DNA of 56,593 nt from an uncultured Candidatus Saccharibacteria bacterium (GTDB lineage Bacteria > Patescibacteriota > Saccharimonadia > Saccharimonadales > Saccharimonadaceae): NCBI GenBank assembly GCA_964383465.1, contig CAYLGT010000005.1, positions 1-56,593 of the forward strand, read 5' to 3'. Positions 35,936 to 44,168 of the stretch are shown piece after piece. Positions within the stretch are counted from its first letter, which is position 1. Each line of letters starts with the position of its first letter. The translations under genes were made by a program, and so were the position numbers. The notes under the pieces were generated by a model. The model saw only the letters and a program-made list of their open reading frames with translations, searched no databases and was not told where the DNA came from.

Positions 35936-36208
35936 TTACTCGACGACGACTTGGGTACGTCGGGTAGTTTTGCCGGTGAATCGGCGGGTTTTGACTTGCT
36001 TGAAGCCTACGACACCGTCTTTAGCGGCGTGGATGGTGAAGTTTCGGCTCATGTAGGTACCAGGGCCGGCTTGCTTGGTCTCGCCAACTTGGCGGACGAT
36101 AACTTCGCCGTTAGACACTTTCTGGCCACCGAAACGCTTCACGCCCAGTCGCTGTCCGGGACTGTCGTGGACGTTCTTGCTTGAACCACCTGCTTTAACT
36201 TTTGACAT
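35936..36208 (-). CDS. rpmA: 50S ribosomal protein L27
   Basis: KAGGSSKNVHDSPGQRLGVKRFGGQKV... is the L27 pattern. Confidence 0.95.
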   Translation of the reverse strand: MSKVKAGGSSKNVHDSPGQRLGVKRFGGQKVSNGEVIVRQVGETKQAGPGTYMSRNFTIHAAKDGVVGFKQVKTRRFTGKTTRRTQVVVE

Positions 36209-36210
36209 AA

Positions 36211-37509
36211 TTACTCCTTAGTCAGTACTACTAATTCGCGGCCCACTACTTGATCGTCTCTATGATAGATGAGATCCGTCGCGTTAGCGTGCACAAAATC
36301 TATACGATTGTACCCCAGTTTCTCGAGGTCGTCAAGTGTTGTCAGGTGGAAAATTTTGTCGCCGATGAACCAGGACGGCATGGCGATGCAGAGGCGAGTA
36401 CCTGGCTGTAGCTGGCTGGAGATGTTTTCGAGAAAACCATGCATGACTTTGTCGCAGTCGGCTATGATCTGCTGGAGTTTCTCTGTGCTAGGGTTCTGTC
36501 CGCCGAGTGGTTGGCCAAGGTAGCCTTCACATGCCACACAATCAACAGGTTGTCGCCAGATGTGATCGCGTGCGTCTGCGGCCTCGTACAGAGCGGTGTC
36601 GGGGTGTGTGTCGTACTTTTCCTGTAGCCAGCCCATGTTGTCACGAGTGAAGCGTACCATCTTTTCGCTCAGATCCGTGCCATACACGTTGTAGCCCATG
36701 AGGGCGGCTTCCATCAGGATTACTCCCGTCCCACAAAAGGGATCAAGGACTACAGGAGTTGCCCCTGCGGCTTTACCAATCTCGTCAGACCCGCTCGGCG
36801 CCAACTGATTTAGCTCACGCTCTTGCCTCGCTCCTGCCGGAAAGGCAGAGTCTGACTCGTTTGGCAAAACCGCTTGGCCAAGCGTCTGCTCGCCATCTAG
36901 CCTCGGGCCAGCTGCCAGGTTGATGATGGTCTGAGCAAGTTTCGGAGGCAGCATACCAACGAAGGCATCTCGTTTTGGTCGTGAGCGGTCGCGGAGGGTG
37001 TAGGCGTCGATGTCCTGGACGTCGGTGAGACGGGCGACGACGGTTCTTTTGCCGTCAGTGGCGACGACCAGTTCGTAGCCCTGGCGTCCAGCGAGTTTGT
37101 TGTGAAAGCTTTGGGCACTGGAAAGGGCTGGTTCAGTGTTTGGGCTGACGCGTACTGAGTGGCCGGCGTTGCGCAGTGCTTTTTTGAGGGTGAGGGCGGC
37201 CGCGTTTACTTTGCCGGTAGAGATGCTCGCACCATAGACACTGATGCCGATCTGAAGCTTGCCGGTTGTTTTTTCCAGGCGCTGTGGCACGTTTTTGTTT
37301 GCCCAGGCAAAGGCTCGCTGAACGTTGCTACCAGGGAAGTCAGTTGCTACCCTGGCCATTTTTACCGTGCTTCCGAGACGCGAGAAGTCGACGTCAGCAT
37401 CGACCAGCGCGCAGGTGTCGCCAAAGGGAGTGACTACATGTGCGCCGTACAAAGCTTCGAGTTCGGCGAGCCCGATAGCCGGCTGCCGGCCGAGGATGCA
37501 AATTATCAT
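36211..37509 (-). CDS. UPF0020-type SAM-dependent RNA methyltransferase (Trm11/RlmL-like) with a THUMP-like N-terminal region
   Basis: VLDPFCGTGVILMEAALMG SAM motif. Its stop lies 2 nt before the rpmA start. Confidence 0.7.
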   Translation of the reverse strand: MIICILGRQPAIGLAELEALYGAHVVTPFGDTCALVDADVDFSRLGSTVKMARVATDFPGSNVQRAFAWANKNVPQRLEKTTGKLQIGISVYGASISTGKVNAAALTLKKALRNAGHSVRVSPNTEPALSSAQSFHNKLAGRQGYELVVATDGKRTVVARLTDVQDIDAYTLRDRSRPKRDAFVGMLPPKLAQTIINLAAGPRLDGEQTLGQAVLPNESDSAFPAGARQERELNQLAPSGSDEIGKAAGATPVVLDPFCGTGVILMEAALMGYNVYGTDLSEKMVRFTRDNMGWLQEKYDTHPDTALYEAADARDHIWRQPVDCVACEGYLGQPLGGQNPSTEKLQQIIADCDKVMHGFLENISSQLQPGTRLCIAMPSWFIGDKIFHLTTLDDLEKLGYNRIDFVHANATDLIYHRDDQVVGRELVVLTKE

Positions 37510-37538
37510 ACTTCACAGTATAGGGTGTGAGGCTAGGG

Positions 37539-37544
37539 TATACT
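37539..37544 (+). promoter_or_regulatory. -10 box TATACT (TATACTAGA) 6 nt before ATG 37551; predicted leaderless
   Basis: gggTATACTagaggtATG. Confidence 0.55.
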
Positions 37545-37550
37545 AGAGGT

Positions 37551-38579
37551 ATGACGTTTCGGAGGGTACTAAACGTATTGACTCTTGTGCTCGTTGTCGG
37601 GCTGCTGATTGCGCTGCGACATGAGCTGGTTCAGGCATGGAATTTGCTCAGCAAGGTCAACATCTGGATCCTACTTCTCATCGTTCCGCTGCAGTTTTTG
37701 AGCTACTACGCGAACGGCGCGGCCATTTTTTCTTATCTGAAAAAACGAGGTCATATGCAGAAGGTCAAAAACTGGGACATGGCCCGTATGGCGCTAGAGC
37801 TCAACTTTGTGAACCACATACTACCGACCGCAGGAGTGTCGGGAGTGTCGTATATGACCTGGAGGCTGAACAAGCTGGGTGTCAGTTCTGGACGCGCTAC
37901 ACTCGCGCAGGTGGTGCGACTGGCTGCTTCCTTTGGATCATTTGTTGTCCTACTGGTGCTCGCGGTATTTATCGTTACCATCGACAGCGGAGTCAACCGC
38001 GTTGCAATTCTGGCGACGAGTGGTCTGACGAGCGCTCTGATCATTGGCGGCATGATCGTCTGGTACATCATCGACAGCGAAGTACGGCTGAGCAAGTTTT
38101 CCGAGCAGGTGAGCCGAGCAGTCAACTGGTTTGGTCGCGTGGTTATGCGCTCCAAGCGAAAATTGCTGAGCCCAGCACGTATAAAAAAGTTTCTCGACGA
38201 ACTACAGGACGACTACCGTGCGCTAAAAGCCGACCCGCGCCTACTCATTCGACCGTTTCTGTGGGGTGTGGTGTTTAACTTGACCGAAGTGAGCCTGTTT
38301 TTCTTCACGTTTTTGTCACTCGGCAGCTTCGTCAACCCGGCGACGATCTTGCTTGCTATAGGGGTTGCGGCAGTGGTGGGAGCAGTTATGGTGACGCCTG
38401 GCGGTACCGGTGGCTATGAAGCGTTCATGGTGCTCATCCTGACCACGTCAGGTGTGCCAGGTGCGACCGCACTTGCAGGAGTTTTGCTCGCGAGGGTCAT
38501 CCTAGTACTGCTGACCATCGGCTCTGGATACATTTTTTATCATCTGGCACTCAGGACTTATGGAAAACACCCCGCTTAG
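37551..38579 (+). CDS. Flippase-like / lysylphosphatidylglycerol-synthase TM-region family (UPF0104) membrane protein
   Basis: About 8 TM helices. The N-terminal pattern and the C-terminal PGGTGGYEA motif are typical of this family. Confidence 0.65.
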   Translation: MTFRRVLNVLTLVLVVGLLIALRHELVQAWNLLSKVNIWILLLIVPLQFLSYYANGAAIFSYLKKRGHMQKVKNWDMARMALELNFVNHILPTAGVSGVSYMTWRLNKLGVSSGRATLAQVVRLAASFGSFVVLLVLAVFIVTIDSGVNRVAILATSGLTSALIIGGMIVWYIIDSEVRLSKFSEQVSRAVNWFGRVVMRSKRKLLSPARIKKFLDELQDDYRALKADPRLLIRPFLWGVVFNLTEVSLFFFTFLSLGSFVNPATILLAIGVAAVVGAVMVTPGGTGGYEAFMVLILTTSGVPGATALAGVLLARVILVLLTIGSGYIFYHLALRTYGKHPA

Positions 38580-39693
38580 CGTTAGTGATGCCATAGCGGT
38601 TATCAACCAGACGCTGGAGTACGCCTATCCGGTCATTGTGGTTGAAGGTGAAGTCATGAGCTTCAAAGTCAACCAGGGCAAGTATGTGTTTTTTGACCTC
38701 AAGGACGAGTCGGGTACACTCGGCTGTTTTATGTCGCTGTTTCAACTGCGCACGCAGCTCGAGGACGGTATGCGCGTACGAGTGGTGGCGCAACCAAAGC
38801 TAACGACGTGGGGCAAGTTCAGTCTGACGGTTCGAGATGTTCAGCCAGTAGGCGAAGGAAGTCTGAAGAGAGCCTTTGAGCTACTGAGGGCCAAGCTCGA
38901 AAAAGAGGGGTTGTTCGCCCAGGAACGTAAACGCTCACTGCCCGCCATACCTGCACGCATCGGTGTCATCAGCTCGACACAAGCCGCTGGGTATGTAGAT
39001 TTCGTCGAGATTATCTCTCAGCGTTGGGGTGGAGTTGAACTCGTGGTCGCCCACACACTCGTACAGGGCTTCGAGGCGCCACGGCAGATTGTACGAGCAC
39101 TCGAACATTTCAACCAAATGGCCGAGCCCGTCGATGTCATCGCGATCATCCGTGGGGGTGGCAGCGCTGACGACCTGGCCGCTTTCAACGATGAACCTCT
39201 GGTTCGGGCAATTGCGGCGAGTCGTATACCGACCATCGTTGGGGTCGGGCATGAAGTCGACACCAGTCTCGCTGACATGGTGGCCGACGTGCGCGCCGCT
39301 ACACCGAGTAACGCTGCTCAGCTGCTTGTTCCTGACAAAGCTGACATCGTGCGTCATGTGCAGCGCGACCAGGTTCGTATGATTCAGGCTATCGAGTCTG
39401 CTGCTGACAGGGCGCAGCGTACAGTCGATGCCAGTCGCGAGACTATGACGCGACAGCTCGATGAACTGTATGCGCATCTGACGAGAACGTTTGAACAGCT
39501 TCATGCGGTGCTGCGTCAGCTCAACCCACGCACAGCGTTGCAGCGTGGCTACGCACTGGTGTTTGACGCTGCGGGCGGGGTGCTGGACTCTTCCGTTAAG
39601 GCAGGCGATGACATCCGTATCGAGACGAAACACGTTATCATAAAAGCAGGAGTAACCCATGTCGAAAAAAGACCTACAGACAAAACTAGCTGA
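38560..39693 (+). CDS. xseA: Exodeoxyribonuclease VII large subunit
   Basis: OB-fold N-terminus (VVEGEVMSFKVNQGKYVFFDLKDE), IGVISSTQAAG, RGGGSADDL. Confidence 0.92.
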   Translation: MENTPLSVSDAIAVINQTLEYAYPVIVVEGEVMSFKVNQGKYVFFDLKDESGTLGCFMSLFQLRTQLEDGMRVRVVAQPKLTTWGKFSLTVRDVQPVGEGSLKRAFELLRAKLEKEGLFAQERKRSLPAIPARIGVISSTQAAGYVDFVEIISQRWGGVELVVAHTLVQGFEAPRQIVRALEHFNQMAEPVDVIAIIRGGGSADDLAAFNDEPLVRAIAASRIPTIVGVGHEVDTSLADMVADVRAATPSNAAQLLVPDKADIVRHVQRDQVRMIQAIESAADRAQRTVDASRETMTRQLDELYAHLTRTFEQLHAVLRQLNPRTALQRGYALVFDAAGGVLDSSVKAGDDIRIETKHVIIKAGVTHVEKRPTDKTS

Positions 39694-39859
39694 ACTCGAA
39701 ACCATCGTTGCGAAGTTTGACGATGCCGATCTGGACATTGCCGTCGCCATGGAGCAGTTCGAAGCTGGCAACAAACTGGCCGACGAAATTCAGGGTGAGC
39801 TGGCAGAGCTAAAAACCAAAATTACCGTTCTCAAAGAGCGGTTCGACGTCGCCTCGTGA
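39659..39859 (+). CDS. xseB: Exodeoxyribonuclease VII small subunit
   Basis: 66-aa helical protein (LAELETIVAKFDDADLDIAVAMEQFEAGNKL) overlapping the xseA end. Confidence 0.85.
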   Translation: MSKKDLQTKLAELETIVAKFDDADLDIAVAMEQFEAGNKLADEIQGELAELKTKITVLKERFDVAS

Positions 39860-40362
39860 TCATTTTGTATATTTTGGGGTTAGTATTTTTTGTGACCTTT
39901 ATGCTCATTGTGTTTCGTGGGGCGCCCTACGTGCCAACGAAGCGCGCAGATGTCACAAAACTGTTTGACGAGCTCTCGCTTGGTGACAAAGATGTGATTG
40001 TCGACCTGGGTTCTGGCGACGGCCGACTGCTGTTGGAAGCTGCAAAACGAGGAATCTCGTCAGTTGGCTATGAACTCAACCCCTTTTTGGTCTTGGTGTC
40101 GTGGATGAGGCTACGAAAGTATGAGGGAAGGGCACGGGTGGCAATGCGAGACTTTTGGCTCACATATTTGCCAAAACGTACAAAAGTTGTGTTCGTTTTT
40201 TTGGGCACGCCATTTATGAAAAAGCTCGACAACTACCTGTTGCGACAAATGCAGCATAGGGATGACGAGCTGCTTCTCGTGAGTTACGGTGTTCCAGTGC
40301 CGGGGCGCGAGCCGGTTCGCGAAACAGGGGCATTTCTGGTCTACGCTTACAAAAAACCATAA
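39856..40362 (+). CDS. Membrane-anchored class I SAM-dependent methyltransferase
   Basis: N-terminal TM plus VIVDLGSGDGRLLLEAAKRG. The GTG start overlaps the xseB stop. Confidence 0.7.
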   Translation: MIILYILGLVFFVTFMLIVFRGAPYVPTKRADVTKLFDELSLGDKDVIVDLGSGDGRLLLEAAKRGISSVGYELNPFLVLVSWMRLRKYEGRARVAMRDFWLTYLPKRTKVVFVFLGTPFMKKLDNYLLRQMQHRDDELLLVSYGVPVPGREPVRETGAFLVYAYKKP

Positions 40363-40389
40363 CCCTTTACAAGAGAGGTGACGGGGCAC

Positions 40390-40395
40390 TATAGT
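40390..40395 (+). promoter_or_regulatory. -10 box TATAGT 6 nt before ATG 40402; predicted leaderless
   Basis: gcacTATAGTaggggtATG. Confidence 0.5.
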
Positions 40396-40401
40396 AGGGG
40401 T

Positions 40402-41052
40402 ATGAATTTTACTGAGCGGCAAAGGGGCGCAGTTAACCCGTTGTTGTTTGCGAGTATCTTGCTCGCTTTTTTGGCGGTTGTGCTAGCTGGTTTTGGAGTC
40501 TGGGCGTTTAGTGGGTATACAGACTACAAAAACAACGTCGATGTAAAAATTGAAAAAGCTGTCGCCGACAGCCAGGCTGCGACAAAGGTTGAGCTCGAAA
40601 AGCAGTTTGTCGAGCGAGAAAAACAGCCATATCGTCAGTTTACTGGTCCGGACGACCTCGGACATGTCACGTTCGACTATCCTAAAACATGGAGTGGGTA
40701 TGTCGGCAAAGCATCGACAAGTTCATACGAGGCGTATTTCTATCCGCTCATAGTTCCAACTGTTGCGACATCGCAGCCATATGCCGTACGAGTAACCATA
40801 GACGACCAGGAGTATACAAAATCACTCCAAAGCTATGAGGCTGCTGTGAAAAAGGGCACGCTCAAATCGACACCTCTCACCGTAAATGGCGCTACAGGTA
40901 TCCGACTCGACGGTGTGTTTACAAAAGAGCGCACGGGTTCTGCGGTGGTCTTCAAAGTACGTGACAAAACTCTCACTATAGCCTCTGACGCTACTGAGTT
41001 TAAAAACGACTTCGACAACGTGGTCATAAAGTCCCTCGACTTTAACCCATAG
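40402..41052 (+). CDS. Hypothetical membrane-anchored extracytoplasmic protein
   Basis: One N-terminal TM followed by a beta-rich domain of about 170 aa. No firm family. Confidence 0.6.
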   Translation: MNFTERQRGAVNPLLFASILLAFLAVVLAGFGVWAFSGYTDYKNNVDVKIEKAVADSQAATKVELEKQFVEREKQPYRQFTGPDDLGHVTFDYPKTWSGYVGKASTSSYEAYFYPLIVPTVATSQPYAVRVTIDDQEYTKSLQSYEAAVKKGTLKSTPLTVNGATGIRLDGVFTKERTGSAVVFKVRDKTLTIASDATEFKNDFDNVVIKSLDFNP

Positions 41053-41097
41053 CGACCTCATAAAAAGTGCGCTTCACATGCTACACTATAAGTAGCT

Positions 41098-41826
41098 ATG
41101 CGAGGCGAACATGGAAGCGAGGGAGCAAACTGGGGTAGTTTGGCTGTGCCCTCGGTCCTCGCCGCCGCGCATGAACTCAAAAGCCCGCTCGCACTCGTTC
41201 GACAACTGTCATTTCAACTTGAGGCGGCCGGAGCCCTCACTCCTGAGCAGAAAATCGTCCAGGAGCGGCTCCGTTTAACGAGTGAGCGTGCGCTGCGACT
41301 CGTCGAAAACATTACCCGAACAGCTCGGCTGGACGACGCACTGTTTGCGCTTGAGCCGCTCGAAGCTGCGTCGGTCTGGACCGAGGTCGCCAGAGAAGTC
41401 ACGCCACTTGCTCGCGGCATGGGCCAGGGTGTTCGTATAAAGACTCCGAAACGACCGCTGTTGGTTGTGGCGCATGCAGAACTTTTGCCCGCGGTTCTCA
41501 TGGGGCTGTGTGATAACGCGCTGGCTCATAACCCGAGCGGTAGTGACCTGTCGTTGAGTGTCAAACGACGTGGTCGAGATGTGGTTTTTTCGGTACGTGA
41601 CAACGGGCCACTCATCGATCGCAAGCAATTTTTGACGCTTGAGCAGCGACTCGGTGTCGCACCACAGCCGCTCAGTGCTCGCCCTGGCAGTAGTGGGCTA
41701 GGACTGTGGATTGCCGGTGTGTTTGCGCGGGCTATGTCGTCTGAACTCCTCGTTACTCGACACCGAAACGGTGGCATGACCTTTTCACTCGCCGTGCCAG
41801 TATCTCATCAACTATCATTACTATGA
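41098..41826 (+). CDS. Soluble histidine kinase (no TM or sensor domain)
   Basis: H-box AAAHELKSPLALV. HATPase motifs DNALAHNP, RDNGP, GLGLWIA. Confidence 0.8.
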   Translation: MRGEHGSEGANWGSLAVPSVLAAAHELKSPLALVRQLSFQLEAAGALTPEQKIVQERLRLTSERALRLVENITRTARLDDALFALEPLEAASVWTEVAREVTPLARGMGQGVRIKTPKRPLLVVAHAELLPAVLMGLCDNALAHNPSGSDLSLSVKRRGRDVVFSVRDNGPLIDRKQFLTLEQRLGVAPQPLSARPGSSGLGLWIAGVFARAMSSELLVTRHRNGGMTFSLAVPVSHQLSLL

Positions 41827-42218
41827 CCCAGCAACATATACTCCTTATCGAAGATGACCAGTGGCTCGCAGATAGCTACGCGGCCATGTTGAGTGCGGCA
41901 GGCTACTCGACCCAGACGGTGACCTCGGCGCATGTTGCCATGAAACTCATCGACAAAAAATTGCCCGATCTCATAGTGGCGGACGTGATGCTTGGCGACC
42001 ACAACACATTTACGCTGTTTCATGAGTTACAAAGCTATGACGACACGGCGAACATACCTATCGTGCTCTGTACGGGAGTCGATACCGAACAATTGTCACA
42101 AGCAGACCTGAAGCACTATGGGATCGTCCAGGTCTTCAACAAAGCGACACTCACTCCTGACCAACTGGTCATGGCAGCTCAAGAATTTATAGACACGAAA
42201 GGCAAGGTAGGGCGATGA
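41823..42218 (+). CDS. Single-domain response regulator (receiver only)
   Basis: ILLIEDD ... LIVADVMLGD. Overlaps the kinase stop (ATGA). Confidence 0.85.
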   Translation: MTQQHILLIEDDQWLADSYAAMLSAAGYSTQTVTSAHVAMKLIDKKLPDLIVADVMLGDHNTFTLFHELQSYDDTANIPIVLCTGVDTEQLSQADLKHYGIVQVFNKATLTPDQLVMAAQEFIDTKGKVGR

Positions 42219-42892
42219 AACCGATTCGCACCAAAGCCATCGTTCTACGGCGCACTAACTATGCCGAAGCAGACCGTATACTGCAGCTGCTTACTCCTGA
42301 CCATGGCAAACTGAGTGTGATCGCAAAAGGTGTCCGACGTGAAAAAAGCAAACTAGCCGGGGGTATAGAGTTGTTTGCAGTGTGCGACGTGTCGATCATT
42401 CCTGGAAAGGGTGACATGGGTACGCTCACTAGTTCGCGGCTCGACACGTTTTTCTCACACATACTCGAGGAGTACGAACGACTTCAGTTCGGGTATGAGG
42501 CGATCAAGCAGATATCGCTCGTCGTGGAGTCCATCGCCGACCCAGCGTATTTTGCGCTTCTCAAAACAGCGTTTGAGTCACTCGACGACCCTGAGATCGA
42601 CGACAAGATAACCGAGAGTTGGTTCTGGCTACAGTTGGGAATTCTCCAGGGCACCGGTTTGAACCTGGCGACCGATGACAATGGCATGAAGTTGGTGGAA
42701 GAAAGTCGCTATAACTACGACGAAGAAAACATGAACTTTGTGTACCACGAGCAGGGACGCTTCACGACCGAACACATAAAGTTACTGCGAATTCTCAGCG
42801 CCCAACCACCAAGAGTTGCGCAACATGTGCGCGGTGTCGAAGAGCTCATCACCGACTGCTTATGGCTGGCTGAGCGAAGTTTTTCTCACTAG
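42215..42892 (+). CDS. recO: DNA repair protein RecO
   Basis: TKAIVLRRTNYAEADRILQLLTPDHGKLSVIAKGVRREKSKL. Overlaps the receiver stop (ATGA). Confidence 0.88.
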   Translation: MKPIRTKAIVLRRTNYAEADRILQLLTPDHGKLSVIAKGVRREKSKLAGGIELFAVCDVSIIPGKGDMGTLTSSRLDTFFSHILEEYERLQFGYEAIKQISLVVESIADPAYFALLKTAFESLDDPEIDDKITESWFWLQLGILQGTGLNLATDDNGMKLVEESRYNYDEENMNFVYHEQGRFTTEHIKLLRILSAQPPRVAQHVRGVEELITDCLWLAERSFSH

Positions 42893-42893
42893 G

Positions 42894-42951
42894 ATTTAAA
42901 ACACCCCCAACCTGCACGTTGCTCCGCAGTATGCGGACAACAGGTTGGGGG
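42894..42951 (-). terminator. Cassette terminator element, copy 1 (variant with compensatory changes)
   Basis: Outer stem cccccaacctg/caggttggggg (42904-14 / 42941-51), inner hairpin tccgca-gta-tgcgga, and a T-tract on the minus strand (tgttttaaat). Confidence 0.75.
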
Positions 42952-42965
42952 AATCGTTCGGACAG

Positions 42966-43451
42966 CTACTTGGTAGCAGCGAAGCTCTCACGGTGCGTGT
43001 CGAGGCGCGCTGCCAGGTGGTGAAACGCGTCCTTCTGCCGGAGCTCGTCGAGCAGCTCGCTCAGTTCGGTACCCTTGTGGGTATCGAGGCTGCGCAGGTT
43101 GGAAAGCAGCACGTCGTAAGCAGGGCCGGGTTGTCCGTGCTCAGCGAGCAGCTTCGACAACCAGAGCACGTTGGCCAGATAGGTCTCGATGTCCGGTTCC
43201 TGGCCAAAGACGTCAGAAAGCGAAAACGGGTCCCAGTCGCTTCTGAACTGATGCCACGCGTCGGCCTGGCTACTGAAGGCAAGCGGAGCCGTCATCGCCA
43301 TGAACTGGTCGAGCGTGGCGTTGGCATGAAGGCCGGCACGCCTCGAATCTTTCGCGATGATGATCGCGTTATTCACAGTTTCGCGATTCGCCAGTAGGTC
43401 TCGAACCTTGCGAGCTGCATCTTCTGACGTCTTGGGAAGCTTGTTGTACAC
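42966..43451 (-). CDS. Hypothetical helical protein, cassette paralog 1 (161 aa)
   Basis: GTG start behind a GGAGG SD. Shares the TAPLAF core and overall helix pattern with paralogs 2 and 3. Confidence 0.65.
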   Translation of the reverse strand: MYNKLPKTSEDAARKVRDLLANRETVNNAIIIAKDSRRAGLHANATLDQFMAMTAPLAFSSQADAWHQFRSDWDPFSLSDVFGQEPDIETYLANVLWLSKLLAEHGQPGPAYDVLLSNLRSLDTHKGTELSELLDELRQKDAFHHLAARLDTHRESFAATK

Positions 43452-43493
43452 GTTGCCTCCAGGCAGTAGTGGTAGGTACGAACGATTGAATAT

Positions 43494-43502
43494 ATTATAT
43501 CA
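43494..43502 (-). promoter_or_regulatory. Extended -10 TGATATAAT for paralog 1
   Basis: Reverse complement of attatatca. The predicted TSS falls at the conserved AATCGTTCGTACC motif (plus 43479-87). Confidence 0.65.
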
Positions 43503-43514
43503 CAAAACCGTAGT

Positions 43515-43569
43515 AATTAAAACACCCCATCCTGCACGTTGCTCCGAAATCTCGGACAACAGGATGGGG
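43515..43569 (-). terminator. Cassette terminator element, copy 2
   Basis: Outer stem ccccatcctg/caggatgggg (43525-34 / 43560-69) and inner hairpin tccga-aatc-tcgga. The 53 nt at 43517-43569 are identical to 44096-44148. Confidence 0.75.
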
Positions 43570-43587
43570 CTTGTTCGGGCGCATGCT

Positions 43588-44034
43588 TCAGTCGAGGAGC
43601 TGCTTCTGGTAGAGGGCGTCGAACCCAGGCTGGTGCCGGTTTCGCATGATCACCAGCCTGGTTGCGGCCCGAAGATTTTTCTGCAGCGCATCCAGGTTGG
43701 CTTCTAGCAGCCACGCGGCTGCGGCAGCATGGCCGCTCTCCGACAGCTTCTCTACCAGCCAGAGTGCACGACTCGAGTACTCCTCGCCGGCATCTGGCGG
43801 GACGACCCCTAGGATGGTATTGAACTGCACCTGGAGCTCCTCGTTGTTCACGAAGTTGCCTTCGAAGAGCAGCGGTGCCGCGAAGATGAGGCGGATGCCT
43901 GGATCGGTGCACGTACTACCAAAGAACTCAAACGAGTTTTGGGCGAAGTTCTTTGCTCGTCTCAGGTCCCGCGTCTGGATCAGGTGCATGATGTCCAGGG
44001 CAGAGACTTGCGGCGTGAGTTGCTTCAAAGCCAT
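43588..44034 (-). CDS. Hypothetical helical protein, cassette paralog 2 (148 aa)
   Basis: ATG behind an AGGTGG SD. AAPLLF core and C-terminal HQPGF are shared with paralog 3. Confidence 0.65.
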   Translation of the reverse strand: MALKQLTPQVSALDIMHLIQTRDLRRAKNFAQNSFEFFGSTCTDPGIRLIFAAPLLFEGNFVNNEELQVQFNTILGVVPPDAGEEYSSRALWLVEKLSESGHAAAAAWLLEANLDALQKNLRAATRLVIMRNRHQPGFDALYQKQLLD

Positions 44035-44073
44035 GACTTGCCACCTAACTGTAGAGGTACGAACAATTTACTT

Positions 44074-44082
44074 ATTATACCA
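44074..44082 (-). promoter_or_regulatory. Extended -10 TGGTATAAT for paralog 2
   Basis: Reverse complement of attatacca. The conserved leader start AATTGTTCGTACC lies just downstream. Confidence 0.65.
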
Positions 44083-44093
44083 GAAAACCAACA

Positions 44094-44148
44094 ATTTAAA
44101 ACACCCCATCCTGCACGTTGCTCCGAAATCTCGGACAACAGGATGGGG
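44094..44148 (-). terminator. Cassette terminator element, copy 3
   Basis: Identical hairpin (44104-13 / 44139-48) followed on the minus strand by tgttttaaatt. Confidence 0.75.
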
Positions 44149-44168
44149 TTTGTTCGTTCGTGACGCCT

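Noticed and set aside
37637-39774. A 213-aa plus-strand alternative-frame ORF inside the flippase-like gene, and a 279-aa minus-strand ORF opposite xseA.
   Set aside because: Both have Arg/Gly/Ser-rich nonsense-like composition. The chosen frames carry clear TM topology or Exo VII motifs.
42893-44160. The three 50-nt repeats might be a CRISPR array or integron attC sites.
   Set aside because: The repeats are about 580-630 bp apart and are separated by full genes carrying their own promoters, which is not CRISPR spacing. The ends do not fit the attC core sites (RYYYAAC / GTTRRRY): the sequences are TTAAAAC and GTTCGGG. No intI, cas or recombinase gene is present in the window.
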